Origin: Capsulimonadaceae bacterium
GTDB taxonomy: Bacteria; Armatimonadota; Armatimonadia; Armatimonadales; Capsulimonadaceae
Length of the DNA stretch: 64,000 bases
Reading direction: 5' to 3'
NCBI GenBank assembly: GCA_965215505.1
Contig: OZ244065.1
Span: forward strand, 3,488,001-3,552,000
Part shown: one piece after another, positions 20,504-29,975 of the stretch
How positions within the stretch are numbered: the stretch's first letter is position 1
Layout of the letters: every line of letters starts with the position of its first letter
The notes under the pieces: generated by a model
Told to the model about the DNA's origin: nothing
What the model saw: the letters and a program-made list of their open reading frames with translations, nothing else
The model's database searches: none
Translations under genes and position numbers: made by a program

Positions 20504-21418
20504 TCAGTTTGGGGTGGTGGCGGCGGCGTGGCGCGGGAGACGCGCCCGCAGGGCGTCCAGCAGGGCGGGTGGGGCGGGGCGGCCTTCGTAGACGATGCCC
20601 AGGGGGACGTGGGGCTTGGCGATCCCGTGGAAGTCCGAGCCGCCGGTCACCAGCAGGCCCAGCCCGGCGGCGAGGGCCAGGAAGCGCTCGGTGTCGGCGG
20701 GGGTGTGCTGGGAGTAGTACGCCTCGATGCCGTCCAGCCCGTCGCCTTGGGCGAGACTCGTCACCCGGCCCGCCAGGGCAGCCTCGTCCAGAGGGACCAG
20801 GCCGGGGTGGGCCATGACGGCGACGCCTCCAGCCGCATGGATGAGGGCAATGGCGTCATGCGGGGTCAGGACCTCTTTGGGCAGATAGAGCGGCTTGCCG
20901 GTGGACAGATACTTCTCGAATGCCTCGGCGACGGTCCCGACGATGCCCTTCTTGATGAGGGCGCGGGCGAAGTGGGGCCGGGCGATCACCTGGGCGTCCT
21001 CGCCGGCCTCGGCCCGGACGTCGTCCATGGTGACGGGCAGGCCGAGTTCGGACATCTTTTCGGCCATCTGCGCGTTGCGGGCGGCCCGGCTCCGGCGCAG
21101 CTCGATCAAGGTGTCGGCCAGCGCGGCGTCTTCGGGGTCGAAGCCGTAGCCCAGCAGGTGAAAGCGCCCGCCGTCATCTTCCACGGACAGCTCGACGCCC
21201 GGCAGGAGGTCCAGGCCGACTTCCCGCGCCGCCGCCCGCGCCTCGGCCAAGCCGCCCAAGGTGTCGTGGTCGGTGACGGCCAGGGCGGTCAGGCCCAGGC
21301 CGTGCGCCTTTTCCACCAGTTCGGTCGGCGAGAGGCTGCCGTCCGAGGCGGTCGTGTGGGCGTGGAGGTCGATGCCGGCGTCCGGCCCGGTGCCAAGCGT
21401 GTTTGGCGGCGTAGTCAT
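20504..21418 (-). CDS. PHP-domain phosphoesterase (TrpH/YciV-like)
   Basis: DLHAHTTASDG, TDHD, RPH, AHP, GGSDFHG. Confidence 0.93.
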   Translation of the reverse strand: MTTPPNTLGTGPDAGIDLHAHTTASDGSLSPTELVEKAHGLGLTALAVTDHDTLGGLAEARAAAREVGLDLLPGVELSVEDDGGRFHLLGYGFDPEDAALADTLIELRRSRAARNAQMAEKMSELGLPVTMDDVRAEAGEDAQVIARPHFARALIKKGIVGTVAEAFEKYLSTGKPLYLPKEVLTPHDAIALIHAAGGVAVMAHPGLVPLDEAALAGRVTSLAQGDGLDGIEAYYSQHTPADTERFLALAAGLGLLVTGGSDFHGIAKPHVPLGIVYEGRPAPPALLDALRARLPRHAAATTPN

Positions 21419-21618
21419 GCCGCCATTATAGCCGCTCGGGGAAATGAAGTCAAGAAAGCGGGCCTACGCGGCCGGCGTGAACCCACCCCGGCGCAAGCGC
21501 CGACCCTCCCGCCCCTGCTCGCAGGGCCTCGGCAGCGGGTACAACGGGAGGGTGGGGTGGGAAGGTGGTTGGGGGGTTTGGTGAGATGATTGGGGGGTGG
21601 GGCGGTTAAGGGGTGGGT

Positions 21619-22133
21619 TCACGCCAGCCGCCCCAGCACTTCCTCCCAGCGGGCGCTATCGAAGCGCACCTGCCAGGCGAAGGGCCGGCCCTTGCGGTCG
21701 TAATAGACGGCCATCGCCGACTTCGCCACATGGCGCGGCTCGGTCGCCAGCAGTTCCCCGCAAGGCCCGCGTCCCGCACATAGGCGACCGCGTGCTTGCC
21801 GCTCATGCGCCAGGCCCGCCCGCCCTCGCCGGTGAAGTAGGCGGCAGGAGTCTCGGCCACGGCGCGGGCCGGGGCGGGTGCCTTGGCCGGGGCCTTGAGG
21901 GGCGGCTTGGGCGTCGCGGGCGGCTTGACGGCCACGGGCGGCTTGGCGGGCGGGGCCGCCTTCACGGGGGCGGGCGCTTTGACGGCGGCGGGCGCTTTGA
22001 CGGCGGCGGGGCGCTTGGCGGGCGCGGGGGCCGGCATGTCGGAAAAGAGGTCAAGGACGGCGGGCCTCTCGGCGGTCTTGATCTCGGCGGTCTTGATCTC
22101 GGCGGTCGTCTTGGCGGGCGGCGTCTTTCTCAT
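21619..22133 (-). CDS. Hypothetical protein with a Pro/Ala/Lys linker, frameshifted at ~21756-21759
   Basis: ATG overlaps the upstream stop; adding one G restores ...LAGELLATEPR...RWEEVLGRLA*. Confidence 0.55.
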
Positions 22134-22612
22134 GGGCGGTGTCCTCGGAAGCGGGTTTGCCGATTCGCGTTCGGCTTCGGGTTCGTTTTGGCATTTTTCG
22201 GCGCGCGCAGCAGGGCGGGCAGGTCGGCGGCGGGGAAGGCCAGCCAGATCTGCACCCCCGCCCACTCGGGCCGCAGGGAGTAGGACGCTTCCGCCCCGGC
22301 CTCCGCCGTGACCGAATCCCCCGTGACGACGGGGCCGCCGGGGAGGGCGGCCAGCCGCGTCCGCAGATACCGGCACAGGTCGGGCGCGTCCGGCCCGACG
22401 ACGCGGAACCGGGCGGAGACGGCGCGGGCGGGCGGCGTCGCCAGGGCGGTCTTCTTCTGGGCGGCAAGCTCCGCGCGCCAGGCCCGCTCGAACAGCCGCG
22501 CCCGGTCATTGCCCCGGCCCGCCGCGAGGGGGACGTCGAAGCGCAGCTCGCAGGTGGCGTCCGGCGGCCGGGAGGCGTCTGAGGCTAGGGTCTGGTCCAG
22601 GGTGTCCGGCAT
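22130..22612 (-). CDS. Hypothetical protein, leaderless
   Basis: ATG lies 6 nt after TATAAT of a consensus promoter. Confidence 0.65.
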   Translation of the reverse strand: MPDTLDQTLASDASRPPDATCELRFDVPLAAGRGNDRARLFERAWRAELAAQKKTALATPPARAVSARFRVVGPDAPDLCRYLRTRLAALPGGPVVTGDSVTAEAGAEASYSLRPEWAGVQIWLAFPAADLPALLRAPKNAKTNPKPNANRQTRFRGHRP

Positions 22613-22618
22613 GGCACC

Positions 22619-22648
22619 ATTATAGCAAACAAATGTTTGCCCTGTCAA
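22619..22648 (-). promoter_or_regulatory. Sigma70 promoter with a palindromic operator in the spacer
   Basis: TTGACA-18-TATAAT; spacer contains GCAAAC-ATTT-GTTTGC. Confidence 0.75.
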
Positions 22649-22743
22649 GCGGGAGTTTCGGGGCGTTTTGGGGGGTGGCGGCGGGGGCATGAGCGAGGGC
22701 GGCGGGGGGGGGCAGGACGACGAGAGGTGAGGACGAGTGAGGA

Positions 22744-22905
22744 CGAGTGAATGAATTCACTCGCTGCCGCCGGACCTGTCCAGGGGACAGAGGAAAGAGT
22801 GGACAAGAAGGCGCGAGGGGACAAGCAACGGCAGCCCACCCCTGCCTGACCCGCTTCACTGTCCCCTGGACAGGTCCGAGAGGAGCGAGTGATTTCAATC
22901 ACTCG
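22744..22905. repeat. Family A REP doublet, copy 4 (3' flank of tnpA)
   Basis: Arms CGAGTGAATGAATTCACTCG / CGAGTGATTTCAATCACTCG. Confidence 0.92.
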
Positions 22906-22947
22906 TCCTTACCCGCTCGTCCTTACCCGCTCGTCCTCACCCGCTGC

Positions 22948-23373
22948 TCACCTCTCGTCGTCCTCCGGCGAGGGTTCCCACTCCTTCCACAGATCGCCCG
23001 CCGCATGGTGGCTCTCCTGATTCTGGACATAGGCCCGCACGCGCGGGACGTCGGCAGGGCTGACGGTGGTTCCGTCGTAGCCCTCCTGCCACTTCAGGAA
23101 CAGCGTCACGGGGAGGAGGCCGTTCGCATAGCGGGCGGAGACGCCTTTGGCCTGTTTCACCGCCTGCGCCGGGGCGAGCGTACTCGGCATCTCCAGGAGC
23201 AGATGCACATGGTCGGGCATCCCGCCCAGGGCGAGTACGGTACACCCCATCTGGCGGCACTCGTGATGGATGCAGCCGTAAACCAGCGGCTTCCACTCCG
23301 GGACTAATACGTCTTCACGCCTCTTCGTGGCCCAAACGAAGTGTGAATAGAGTTGCGTCCTGCTTCGCGGCAT
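22948..23373 (-). mobile_element. tnpA: IS200/IS605-family HUH (Y1) transposase, REP-associated (RAYT-like)
   Basis: HFVWATKRR, DHVHLL (HUH), WQEGY and YVQNQ..HH motifs; AAGGAGG RBS; no tnpB; flanked by family A doublets. Confidence 0.92.
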
Positions 23374-23430
23374 TTGTTCCCCCTCCTTAGGAGTCAAGCC
23401 AGGTCAAGCGATGTCAGGCGGGCATCAGGA

Positions 23431-23551
23431 CGAGTGAATGAATTCACTCGCTATGTGCGGACCTGTCCAGGGGACAGAAGACCCGTCCCCGACCACCTAT
23501 TCCCTTGTCCCCTGGACAAATCCTGCGTCAGCGAGTGAATTCATTCACTCG
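23431..23551. repeat. Family A REP doublet, copy 5 (5' flank of tnpA)
   Basis: Both arms are the GAATGAATTC variant. Confidence 0.92.
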
Positions 23552-23600
23552 TTCGTTCCCTTGCTCGTTCATTCCCTTGCCGGTTCATTCCCCTCCCCTC

Positions 23601-25409
23601 TCACCGCACCCGCACCGTGACCACCATTGGCGGGGCGGATGCGGGGAAGGTGAGGGTGCGCGTCACCGTCCGGCCCCGCGCGTCCGTCACGGTGACGCGG
23701 TAGTCGCCGTAGAAGACGCGGCAGGTCAGGGACCCGCGCGCGTCGGCCTTCCCCGTGTCATCTGTCCACCACTGTTTGTGGATCAGGCCCAGCAGGCGCG
23801 TGTAAGCGGGCTTGGGGGTCATGTCCTTCCGCACCAGGCCCGCCGGGGCACCCTGCCAGGCGTTCCGGTCGCTGAAGTCCCACCAGGTGATCGCGCGGAC
23901 GGACGGGTGGCTGAACAGGACGCTGTAGAACTGCGCGACATAGTCGGCCTGCTTCGCCTCGCCTGCGGGCGTCGTGTCCCAGCCGGTCAGGGTGGCGTTG
24001 GTCGGGTTGTCCCGGCGCGGGCCGCTGAGGACGGTGGTTTCGGTGAAGTGGAGGGGGCGGCCGAACTGGGCGAAGGTCTGGCAGACGGCCCAGACCTTGG
24101 TGAGCGGCCACTCGCCGGTGTGCATGTGCGACTGGAGGCCGACGACGTCGGGCAGCTTGCCGTCCTTCTGGAGCTTGGTGAGCAGGGCGACGTTGCTCTC
24201 GCCGGTGTCGTAGTCGTTGTAGAGGAACGTCTCCGGCAGGCCCCGCCCCGCGTCGCGCGCCCAGCCCAGGGCGGTTTCGACGACGGGGGCGGGTCCGTCG
24301 CGCTTGATCCAGTTGGCCTCGCCGTTCGGGGGCGTGTGGCCCGCCGCGCCGTTGGCCTCATTCAGCACGTCCCAGACGTGGATGGTGTCTTTGTACCGGG
24401 GGACCAGGTCAAGAACGCGGGCGTGGAGCAGGGGGATGGCGGCCTCCGGGTCGGTCGGTGCCCAGCCGGGCCAGACCTCGTGCCAGACCAGCGGGTGGCC
24501 CTTGACGACGACGCCATGGGCGACGCTCCACGTTGCCAGCGTTTGCAGGCGGGCGTAGTCGGGTTTGCCCTGGGCGCTTTCAAACGCGCCCCAGTAGAAG
24601 GGCAGGGTGGCGTAGTTGAGCAGGCCGGTGAACTCGGCCTGGTACGCGCGCTGGGCCGGCGAGGCATCGGCGGGGTCCAGGCCGAAGAAGTTGCAGCCGA
24701 ACAGGAAGGCGTGGCGCGTCTGGGCCAGATGGATGGATACGCCCGGCACGGGTTTCCCCTGGGCGTCCACGACCCGGACGGTCAGTGTCCCCTTGCGGTA
24801 CTTCTCGATGCGCGCCTTGATGGCGGCGGGCTGGAGGGCGGCCTGGGCGGCGGCGATGGCGGGGTCCAGGCCCTCGTCGGTGACACTGATCTGCATCAGG
24901 TCCACGGTCCCCGCCGACTGGCCCATCTGGAGGTGGGCGTTCAGGCCGTAGCCGGGGGCGACGCCGCTGATGGAATAGGTCTGCCACTGCGGGGTCAGGG
25001 TGAAGGTCTGCACGGCGGCCGGGTCATAGGGGGGGCCGTTGCGCTCGACGGTGGCGCGCAGCGGGTTGCGGGTGGCCGAGCGCGCCCAGAAGGTCAGGCG
25101 GACGCGGTGGCCTTCGGGGATGACGGCGGGGATGTCTCGGGTGATCTGGACGAGGTAGAACGGGTCGGACGGCGTCTTGACGGTGACGCGCAGCAGGGGC
25201 GGGTCGCCGTCGGTGAGCGGGACGGTCGAGAGCGCGGCGTCGCCGGGGCGGGGGGCGCTGAGGGACCATTCGCCCGGCGCGAGCAGGTCCCCCGAAGCGG
25301 GCGGGGCGGCGGGCGCGGCGTAGGCGGGGAGTGTGCGGGAGAAGAACGGGAGGAGCAGGAGGAGAAGGCTGAGAAGGCGGTGGGCGGGCAGGCGGGACGG
25401 CGGTGTCAT
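23601..25409 (-). CDS. GH10 endo-1,4-beta-xylanase-like protein with an N-terminal CBM-like domain
   Basis: KGHPLVW, WDVLNE, YNDY, GLQSH, HFTE, PKPAY; signal peptide. Confidence 0.92.
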   Translation of the reverse strand: MTPPSRLPAHRLLSLLLLLLPFFSRTLPAYAAPAAPPASGDLLAPGEWSLSAPRPGDAALSTVPLTDGDPPLLRVTVKTPSDPFYLVQITRDIPAVIPEGHRVRLTFWARSATRNPLRATVERNGPPYDPAAVQTFTLTPQWQTYSISGVAPGYGLNAHLQMGQSAGTVDLMQISVTDEGLDPAIAAAQAALQPAAIKARIEKYRKGTLTVRVVDAQGKPVPGVSIHLAQTRHAFLFGCNFFGLDPADASPAQRAYQAEFTGLLNYATLPFYWGAFESAQGKPDYARLQTLATWSVAHGVVVKGHPLVWHEVWPGWAPTDPEAAIPLLHARVLDLVPRYKDTIHVWDVLNEANGAAGHTPPNGEANWIKRDGPAPVVETALGWARDAGRGLPETFLYNDYDTGESNVALLTKLQKDGKLPDVVGLQSHMHTGEWPLTKVWAVCQTFAQFGRPLHFTETTVLSGPRRDNPTNATLTGWDTTPAGEAKQADYVAQFYSVLFSHPSVRAITWWDFSDRNAWQGAPAGLVRKDMTPKPAYTRLLGLIHKQWWTDDTGKADARGSLTCRVFYGDYRVTVTDARGRTVTRTLTFPASAPPMVVTVRVR

Positions 25410-25500
25410 GGGAAAGTCTCCGGGGGAATGAGATTCGCGTGAAGGGCGGCATGACGCGGTCATGTCGCCTGATGCTCGGTGCGGCGGCTGCATCGGAGCG

Positions 25501-25668
25501 CCACGGGTTGAAACCCGAGGCTGACAAAAGCCCACTGTCGAAGCGACGTTAAGACAAAGACGCAGAGCGGAGACGCAGGGCAGAACGGAGCGACTGCACC
25601 CGACTGGCTGCCCGGAGGGCAGACCTGGAAGGCGGCGGGCTTTTTGCGCCTCGGGTTTCAGCCCGTGG
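25501..25668. repeat. Family G REP doublet
   Basis: CCACGGGTTGAAACCCGAGGC...GCCTCGGGTTTCAGCCCGTGG inverted arms; same design at 61457-61594. Confidence 0.75.
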
Positions 25669-25857
25669 TGTTCTGAGGCGATGGGTCTTCTTCCGCCTCC
25701 ATCCGCTGCCGGTACTTCTCTACGCCCGCCATGACCGCGTCCAGAAAGGCAAGATCATTGCGGAAACTGCCCATGACCGAGGCGAGCGGGTGCGGCTCGG
25801 TAGAGGGGGCCGCCCGACATCATTCTCCGTGTCCTTGTCGCCGGTTTGTGCTGCCAT
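25658..25857 (-). CDS. Small hypothetical protein, probable single-base frameshift
   Basis: GGAG RBS + ATG; the HPLASVMGSFRND...EKYRQRME frame is reached by adding one base. Confidence 0.35.
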
Positions 25858-25903
25858 GCTGTCTCCACAAGGCGTTGCCCCGTGCGTCCCGGCGCGGGCG
25901 TGT

Positions 25904-26242
25904 CCCGGCCCTGAAGGGCCGGTCTAAGGTTTCATTGGGGTATTCCCGGTTTCGCCGGTGGGCCGCCCCTTCGGGGCTTCGGATGTTGCTGCCGGACAAT
26001 GCTGGCCGGGCTTCGTAGGGGCGGGGTCCCCCCGCCCTCTTTGTCCTTCGCCTTTTTTGTCCTGTCGCGCCCTCGACGGGGGGCGGACAAGGAGAGGAAG
26101 GGGAAGAAGGAGGGCGGGGGGACACCGCCCCTACGCGGTCCGAATGATCCGAATGATGCCATCCGAAGCCCCGAAGCGGGCGGCCCACCGGTGGAGCCGG
26201 GAATACCCCAATGAAACCTTAGACCGGCCCTTCAGGGCCGGG
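25904..26242. repeat. Full family B doublet with two nested GTAG-type REPs
   Basis: About 78-bp inverted arms; internal GTAGGGGCGGGG... and ...CCGCCCCTAC. Confidence 0.9.
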
Positions 26243-26323
26243 TCTGATCCGGCCGGTGGCTTAACGCCGGGTCGCATTGCCGCTACTATACCACATCCCG
26301 CCCGCTTTACGTCCGGAACAAGA

Positions 26324-26360
26324 CGCGGAAAGGGCCTGCCGCGCGGCAGGCCCTTTCGTG
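26324..26360. terminator. Hairpin terminator after the 26387-26980 gene
   Basis: GAAAGGGCCTGCCG-cg-CGGCAGGCCCTTTC. Confidence 0.6.
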
Positions 26361-26386
26361 TCGTCGTCCTTCGGCATCGGGCGGCG

Positions 26387-26980
26387 TCAGCGGCGGTCGG
26401 CGTGGTCCTGGCTGTCGCGGCGCTGGTCGCGGCGCTGGTCCGGGCGGCTGTTCCAGTCGTGGCGCTGGCCGTCGCCGTTCCGGTCGTCGCGGCGGGCGTC
26501 GCCGTTCCAGCCGCCCTGGCCCCGGTCGCGGTTGTCCTGGGGGCGGTTTTCATAAGACCTGTCGCCGCCGCGCCACTGGCCGCCGTCGCTGCTGTAGCTG
26601 CCGCCACCGTTGTAGTAGCCGGCCCCATTGCCGTTGTCGTAGGTCCGGTGGTAACGCTGGCCGCCGTTGCGGCCGTCGTAGTTGCGGCCGTCGTAGTTGC
26701 CGCCGCCATAGTAGCCGCCGTTGTAGTAGCCGTTGTCCGACGACTGCCGCTGGCGGACGTTCTCGTACTGGCTGCCGGCGATGACCGCGCCCGCCGCGCC
26801 CAGGACGGTGGCGGTGTTGTTGTGGGTGAGCAGGCCGTAGCCCGCCACGGCGGCCCCGGCGATGGCGAGGTTCCGCAGGTTGTTCTTGTCGCCCTGCTGG
26901 TCGGCCAGGACGGGCGCGGAGACGGTGGCGGCCAGGGTCGCGAGCAGTCCCAGAGTGGTATATTTGGTGGTGCGTGTCAT
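26387..26980 (-). CDS. Secreted low-complexity Gly/Asp/Arg/Tyr-rich protein
   Basis: Signal peptide; glycine-zipper-like segment; disordered tail. Confidence 0.8.
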   Translation of the reverse strand: MTRTTKYTTLGLLATLAATVSAPVLADQQGDKNNLRNLAIAGAAVAGYGLLTHNNTATVLGAAGAVIAGSQYENVRQRQSSDNGYYNGGYYGGGNYDGRNYDGRNGGQRYHRTYDNGNGAGYYNGGGSYSSDGGQWRGGDRSYENRPQDNRDRGQGGWNGDARRDDRNGDGQRHDWNSRPDQRRDQRRDSQDHADRR

Positions 26981-27088
26981 TTCAGTAGGCCCTTCTTATG
27001 TGTCTCCCGCCGCGAACCGGGGGGAAGTCGGTGTTATCTGCAAGACGGCAGGCCGATTAGGATTGTTCCCGGCCTCCGTTGCCGGCCT

Positions 27089-28015
27089 CTAGGGATACCG
27101 GGCCAGCAGCCGCCGCGCCTGCGCCGCCGTGGCCGCATCGCCATGCGCGCTGACCTCCGACCATTCGCGCCGCGCATCCGCCTTCTGGCCGTCGGCGTAG
27201 AGGGCGATGCCCAGGTGCAGGCGCGCGGCGGCATCATTCGGGTCACGGGCGAGGACGGCGCGGAAGGCGGCGACCGCTTCGCGCAGGCGGCCCGCGCGGG
27301 CCAGGGCGAGGGCTGTCGCCGTAGGGGCGCCGCTTGCCGCGCCCTCCCCCCTTGCCGCGCCCTCCGTATTCCCCGGCGCGGCGGGAGGGGAGGGCGCAGG
27401 GGGAACAGGGGCATGGCGGGACAAAGAGGGCGCGGCAAGCGGCGCCCCTACGGCAGGGACGGGCAGGGCGCGGAGGGCCTGGGCGGCTTCGGCGAAGTCC
27501 GGCTTCAGGCGCAGGGCCTCGCGGTACTGGGCGGCGGCCTCGCGTCGGCGGCCGGCGTCGGCCAGGGCACCGGCGAGGTTGAAATGCAGGCGCGGGTCGG
27601 CGGGGTCGAGCGCGAGGGCCAGCCGGTACTCGGCGAGGGCGGAGGCGCTCTCGCCCCGGTCTTCCAGCAGGCCCGCCAGGGCGTTGTGCGCGGGGGCGTC
27701 GTTTGGGCGCAGGGCGACCGTCCTCCGGTACTCGGCCAGTGCTTCGCCCATCTGCCCCGCCGCCTCCAGGACGCCGGCCAGGGCGGAGTGCGCGGCGGCG
27801 TCGGCGGGGCGGAGGCGGACGGCGGCCCGGTACTCGCGGGCGGCGACGAGCGGCAGGCCCGCGCGCAGGGCGGTCTGCCCGGCCTGGAGGTGGGCGAGGA
27901 AGGGGTCGGGCGGGGCCTTCGCCTCGGACGCGCTCTGCGCCAACACGGGGGCGGCGAGCAGCAGGAGCAGGGCAGGAGAGAACAGGCGCAGGAAGAGCGG
28001 GGCGGGGCGTGTCAT
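27089..28015 (-). CDS. Secreted TPR protein with an in-frame REP doublet
   Basis: Multiple TPR motifs; GTAG arms at 27321-27344 and 27428-27451 lie inside the frame. Confidence 0.88.
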   Translation of the reverse strand: MTRPAPLFLRLFSPALLLLLAAPVLAQSASEAKAPPDPFLAHLQAGQTALRAGLPLVAAREYRAAVRLRPADAAAHSALAGVLEAAGQMGEALAEYRRTVALRPNDAPAHNALAGLLEDRGESASALAEYRLALALDPADPRLHFNLAGALADAGRRREAAAQYREALRLKPDFAEAAQALRALPVPAVGAPLAAPSLSRHAPVPPAPSPPAAPGNTEGAARGEGAASGAPTATALALARAGRLREAVAAFRAVLARDPNDAAARLHLGIALYADGQKADARREWSEVSAHGDAATAAQARRLLARYP

Positions 28016-28051
28016 GGGGTCATCATACCCCGGCGGGGCGCTGGAGAGGCA

Positions 28052-28307
28052 CCGGCCATGAATGGCCGGCCTACTCTTGCATCTAAGTCGCTCCGCGACT
28101 GAAGACAGGGCGGACAGGAAGGGCGAACACAGGAAGGGCGAACACAGGAAGGGCGAACACAGGAAGGGCGAACACAGGAAGGGCGAACACAGGAAGGGCG
28201 AACACAGGAAGGGCGAACACAAGGTTCGCCCCTACGACCTGTGCGTCTGCAATCTCCAACCCCGGAGGGGTTTCCACTCGAGGAGTAGACCGGCCATTCA
28301 TGGCCGG
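28052..28307. repeat. Family C doublet containing a 15-bp x7 tandem array and a GTAG REP
   Basis: AGGAAGGGCGAACAC x7 (28116-28220), then AAGGTTCGCCCCTAC. Confidence 0.9.
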
Positions 28308-28353
28308 TGCCCCGGATGCAGGAATCGCGCCCGTGCGCGTCGAAACAGGGGGC

Positions 28354-29055
28354 ATGAACACGAAGGCAATCTACACACTTTTCGCGCTCCTCACGCCGTC
28401 ACTGCTGACGGCCCCGGCCCTGTGCGCCCCGGCCAAGCCGCCCGCCGCGCCGAAAGTCACGGCCCCCAAAGTCACGGCCCCGCGCGTCGTGCCCTCGCCG
28501 AGCGGGGCGGTCCCCGGCCCGTGGCGGGAGGGGGACATCGGCAAGGTGGGGGTGCGCGGCGCGGCCCGCGAGGCGGCGGGGACGTGGACGGTCGCGGGGT
28601 CCGGCGAGGACATTTTCGGGGCCGCCGACTCGTTCCACTTCGTCTGGCGGCCCTGGCACGGCGACGGCCGGATCACGGCCCGCGTGGTCCGCTACCAGCG
28701 CCGGGACATGTGGACCAAGGTCGGGGTCATGGCGCGCGCCACGGCCGCGGCGGGGTCGAAGTTCGCCGACGTTCTGGTGACGCCGGACAAGGGGGCGGAG
28801 ATGCAGTGGCGGACCGAGGCGGGGGGCGAGACGCAGACCACCGACCAGGTGCCTTCGCCGGCCCCGTTCTGGGTGCGCCTGGTGCGGAAGGGCGACACCC
28901 TGACGGGCTACGCCTCCCAGGACGGCCGCCACTGGCAGCCACGCGGCAAGGCGACGGTGGCGCTCGGGGAGGACATCCTGCTGGGCCTGTGCGTGACCAG
29001 CCACCGCAACGACGCGGCGACCGAGGCCGTGGTGGACTCGGTGGAGGTGGAGTAG
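28354..29055 (+). CDS. Secreted beta-sandwich (concanavalin/DUF1349-like) protein
   Basis: GSGEDIFG.ADSFHF, GDG.ITARV, WVRLVRKGD.LTGYAS.DG..W, GL.VTSH. Confidence 0.8.
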   Translation: MNTKAIYTLFALLTPSLLTAPALCAPAKPPAAPKVTAPKVTAPRVVPSPSGAVPGPWREGDIGKVGVRGAAREAAGTWTVAGSGEDIFGAADSFHFVWRPWHGDGRITARVVRYQRRDMWTKVGVMARATAAAGSKFADVLVTPDKGAEMQWRTEAGGETQTTDQVPSPAPFWVRLVRKGDTLTGYASQDGRHWQPRGKATVALGEDILLGLCVTSHRNDAATEAVVDSVEVE

Positions 29056-29084
29056 TCCTCTCCCCTCTGATCCTCTGCCGTTCT

Positions 29085-29120
29085 GATCCTCTCCCGCCGC
29101 GCTCGCGCGGCGGGAGAGGA
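29085..29120. repeat. Collapsed family D hairpin
   Basis: GATCCTCTCCCGCCGCGCTCGCGCGGCGGGAGAGGA = only the outer ends of family D. Confidence 0.7.
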
Positions 29121-29127
29121 CTTCAGA

Positions 29128-29817
29128 TCACGCCGCCCGCTCCAGCCTCCCCGCCTTGACCTCTTCCTCTTGACCGTTTCCTTCCCCACGCGTTTCTCCC
29201 TCGGCCCCCCGGTTGCGGACGGTCAGCACGAGCTGCGTCCCCTCCGGGCCGGTGCAGAGGACCACGCTGTCCGCCAACGCCAGCATCAGGCGGAAGCCCA
29301 TGCCAAGGCCCGCGTCCGGGCGGCCTTCGCCCGCGCCCAGCAGGGCGTCGGGGGCGAGGCCGGCCCCGCAGTCGGAGACGAGGACGGTGACGCCCTCGTC
29401 GGCGGCCCAGACCTGGGCGATGCCGCCCTGGGAGTGGCGGACGGCGTTGCCGGCGGCCTCGGAGACGCAGGAGCAGAGGGCATCCAGGCGGCCATCAGAA
29501 AAGCCCCGGCGGGCGGCGATCAGGCGGAGGTTCTGGCGGAACTGTGAGACGTCCGCGCCGTCCAGCAGCGGCAGGCTCCACAGGCGCTCGCCGCGCAGGA
29601 GGCCGGGGACGTCGGCGGGTTCGCAGAGCCGCAGGCGGCCCCCGGTCACCGCCGCCAAAGTCTGCCGGTGGAAGGCCAGGGCGCGCGCCGTCTCCGCCCG
29701 GCATTCGGCCAGCGCGCGCGCGTGGGAGCGCCGCGCCCGGAGGAGGGCGGCCGTCAGCGCGGCCACGGCGGCGAGGCTCAGGGCGGGCACGAGCAGCAGG
29801 AATGTCGGGCTGGGCAT
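29128..29817 (-). CDS. Membrane-anchored RsbW-like ATP-binding (HATPase_c) protein
   Basis: SEAAGNAVRH, VSDCGAG and GLGMG boxes; N-terminal TM. Confidence 0.8.
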   Translation of the reverse strand: MPSPTFLLLVPALSLAAVAALTAALLRARRSHARALAECRAETARALAFHRQTLAAVTGGRLRLCEPADVPGLLRGERLWSLPLLDGADVSQFRQNLRLIAARRGFSDGRLDALCSCVSEAAGNAVRHSQGGIAQVWAADEGVTVLVSDCGAGLAPDALLGAGEGRPDAGLGMGFRLMLALADSVVLCTGPEGTQLVLTVRNRGAEGETRGEGNGQEEEVKAGRLERAA

Positions 29818-29975
29818 GGGGGGCGTTTCCGGGCGTCATTCTCGGGCGTTTGGCACGCGAAATGGATGTGCGAACGGGTGCGCGTCGTTTGTCGTACTTA
29901 CTGTCGTATGTACAGACAACGCTATGCCCGGATTGTTCCACAAGAAGCGTGTTTTTTGAGAGGATCTGTGCCGCC

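Noticed and set aside
22948-23373. IS605 element with TnpB/omega RNA
   Set aside because: No tnpB or iscB ORF on either side.
25501-25668. Riboswitch upstream of the xylanase gene
   Set aside because: The structure is explained by inverted TGAA-loop REP arms, and no aptamer consensus was recognised.
28116-28220. CRISPR-like array (also 17174-17236, 51868-51955, 58700-58808)
   Set aside because: Head-to-tail repeats of 15-20 bp with no unique spacers and no cas genes.
29851-29865. Fifth sigma54 promoter, TGGCACGCGAAATGG
   Set aside because: The -12 position is GG rather than GC, so support is weak.
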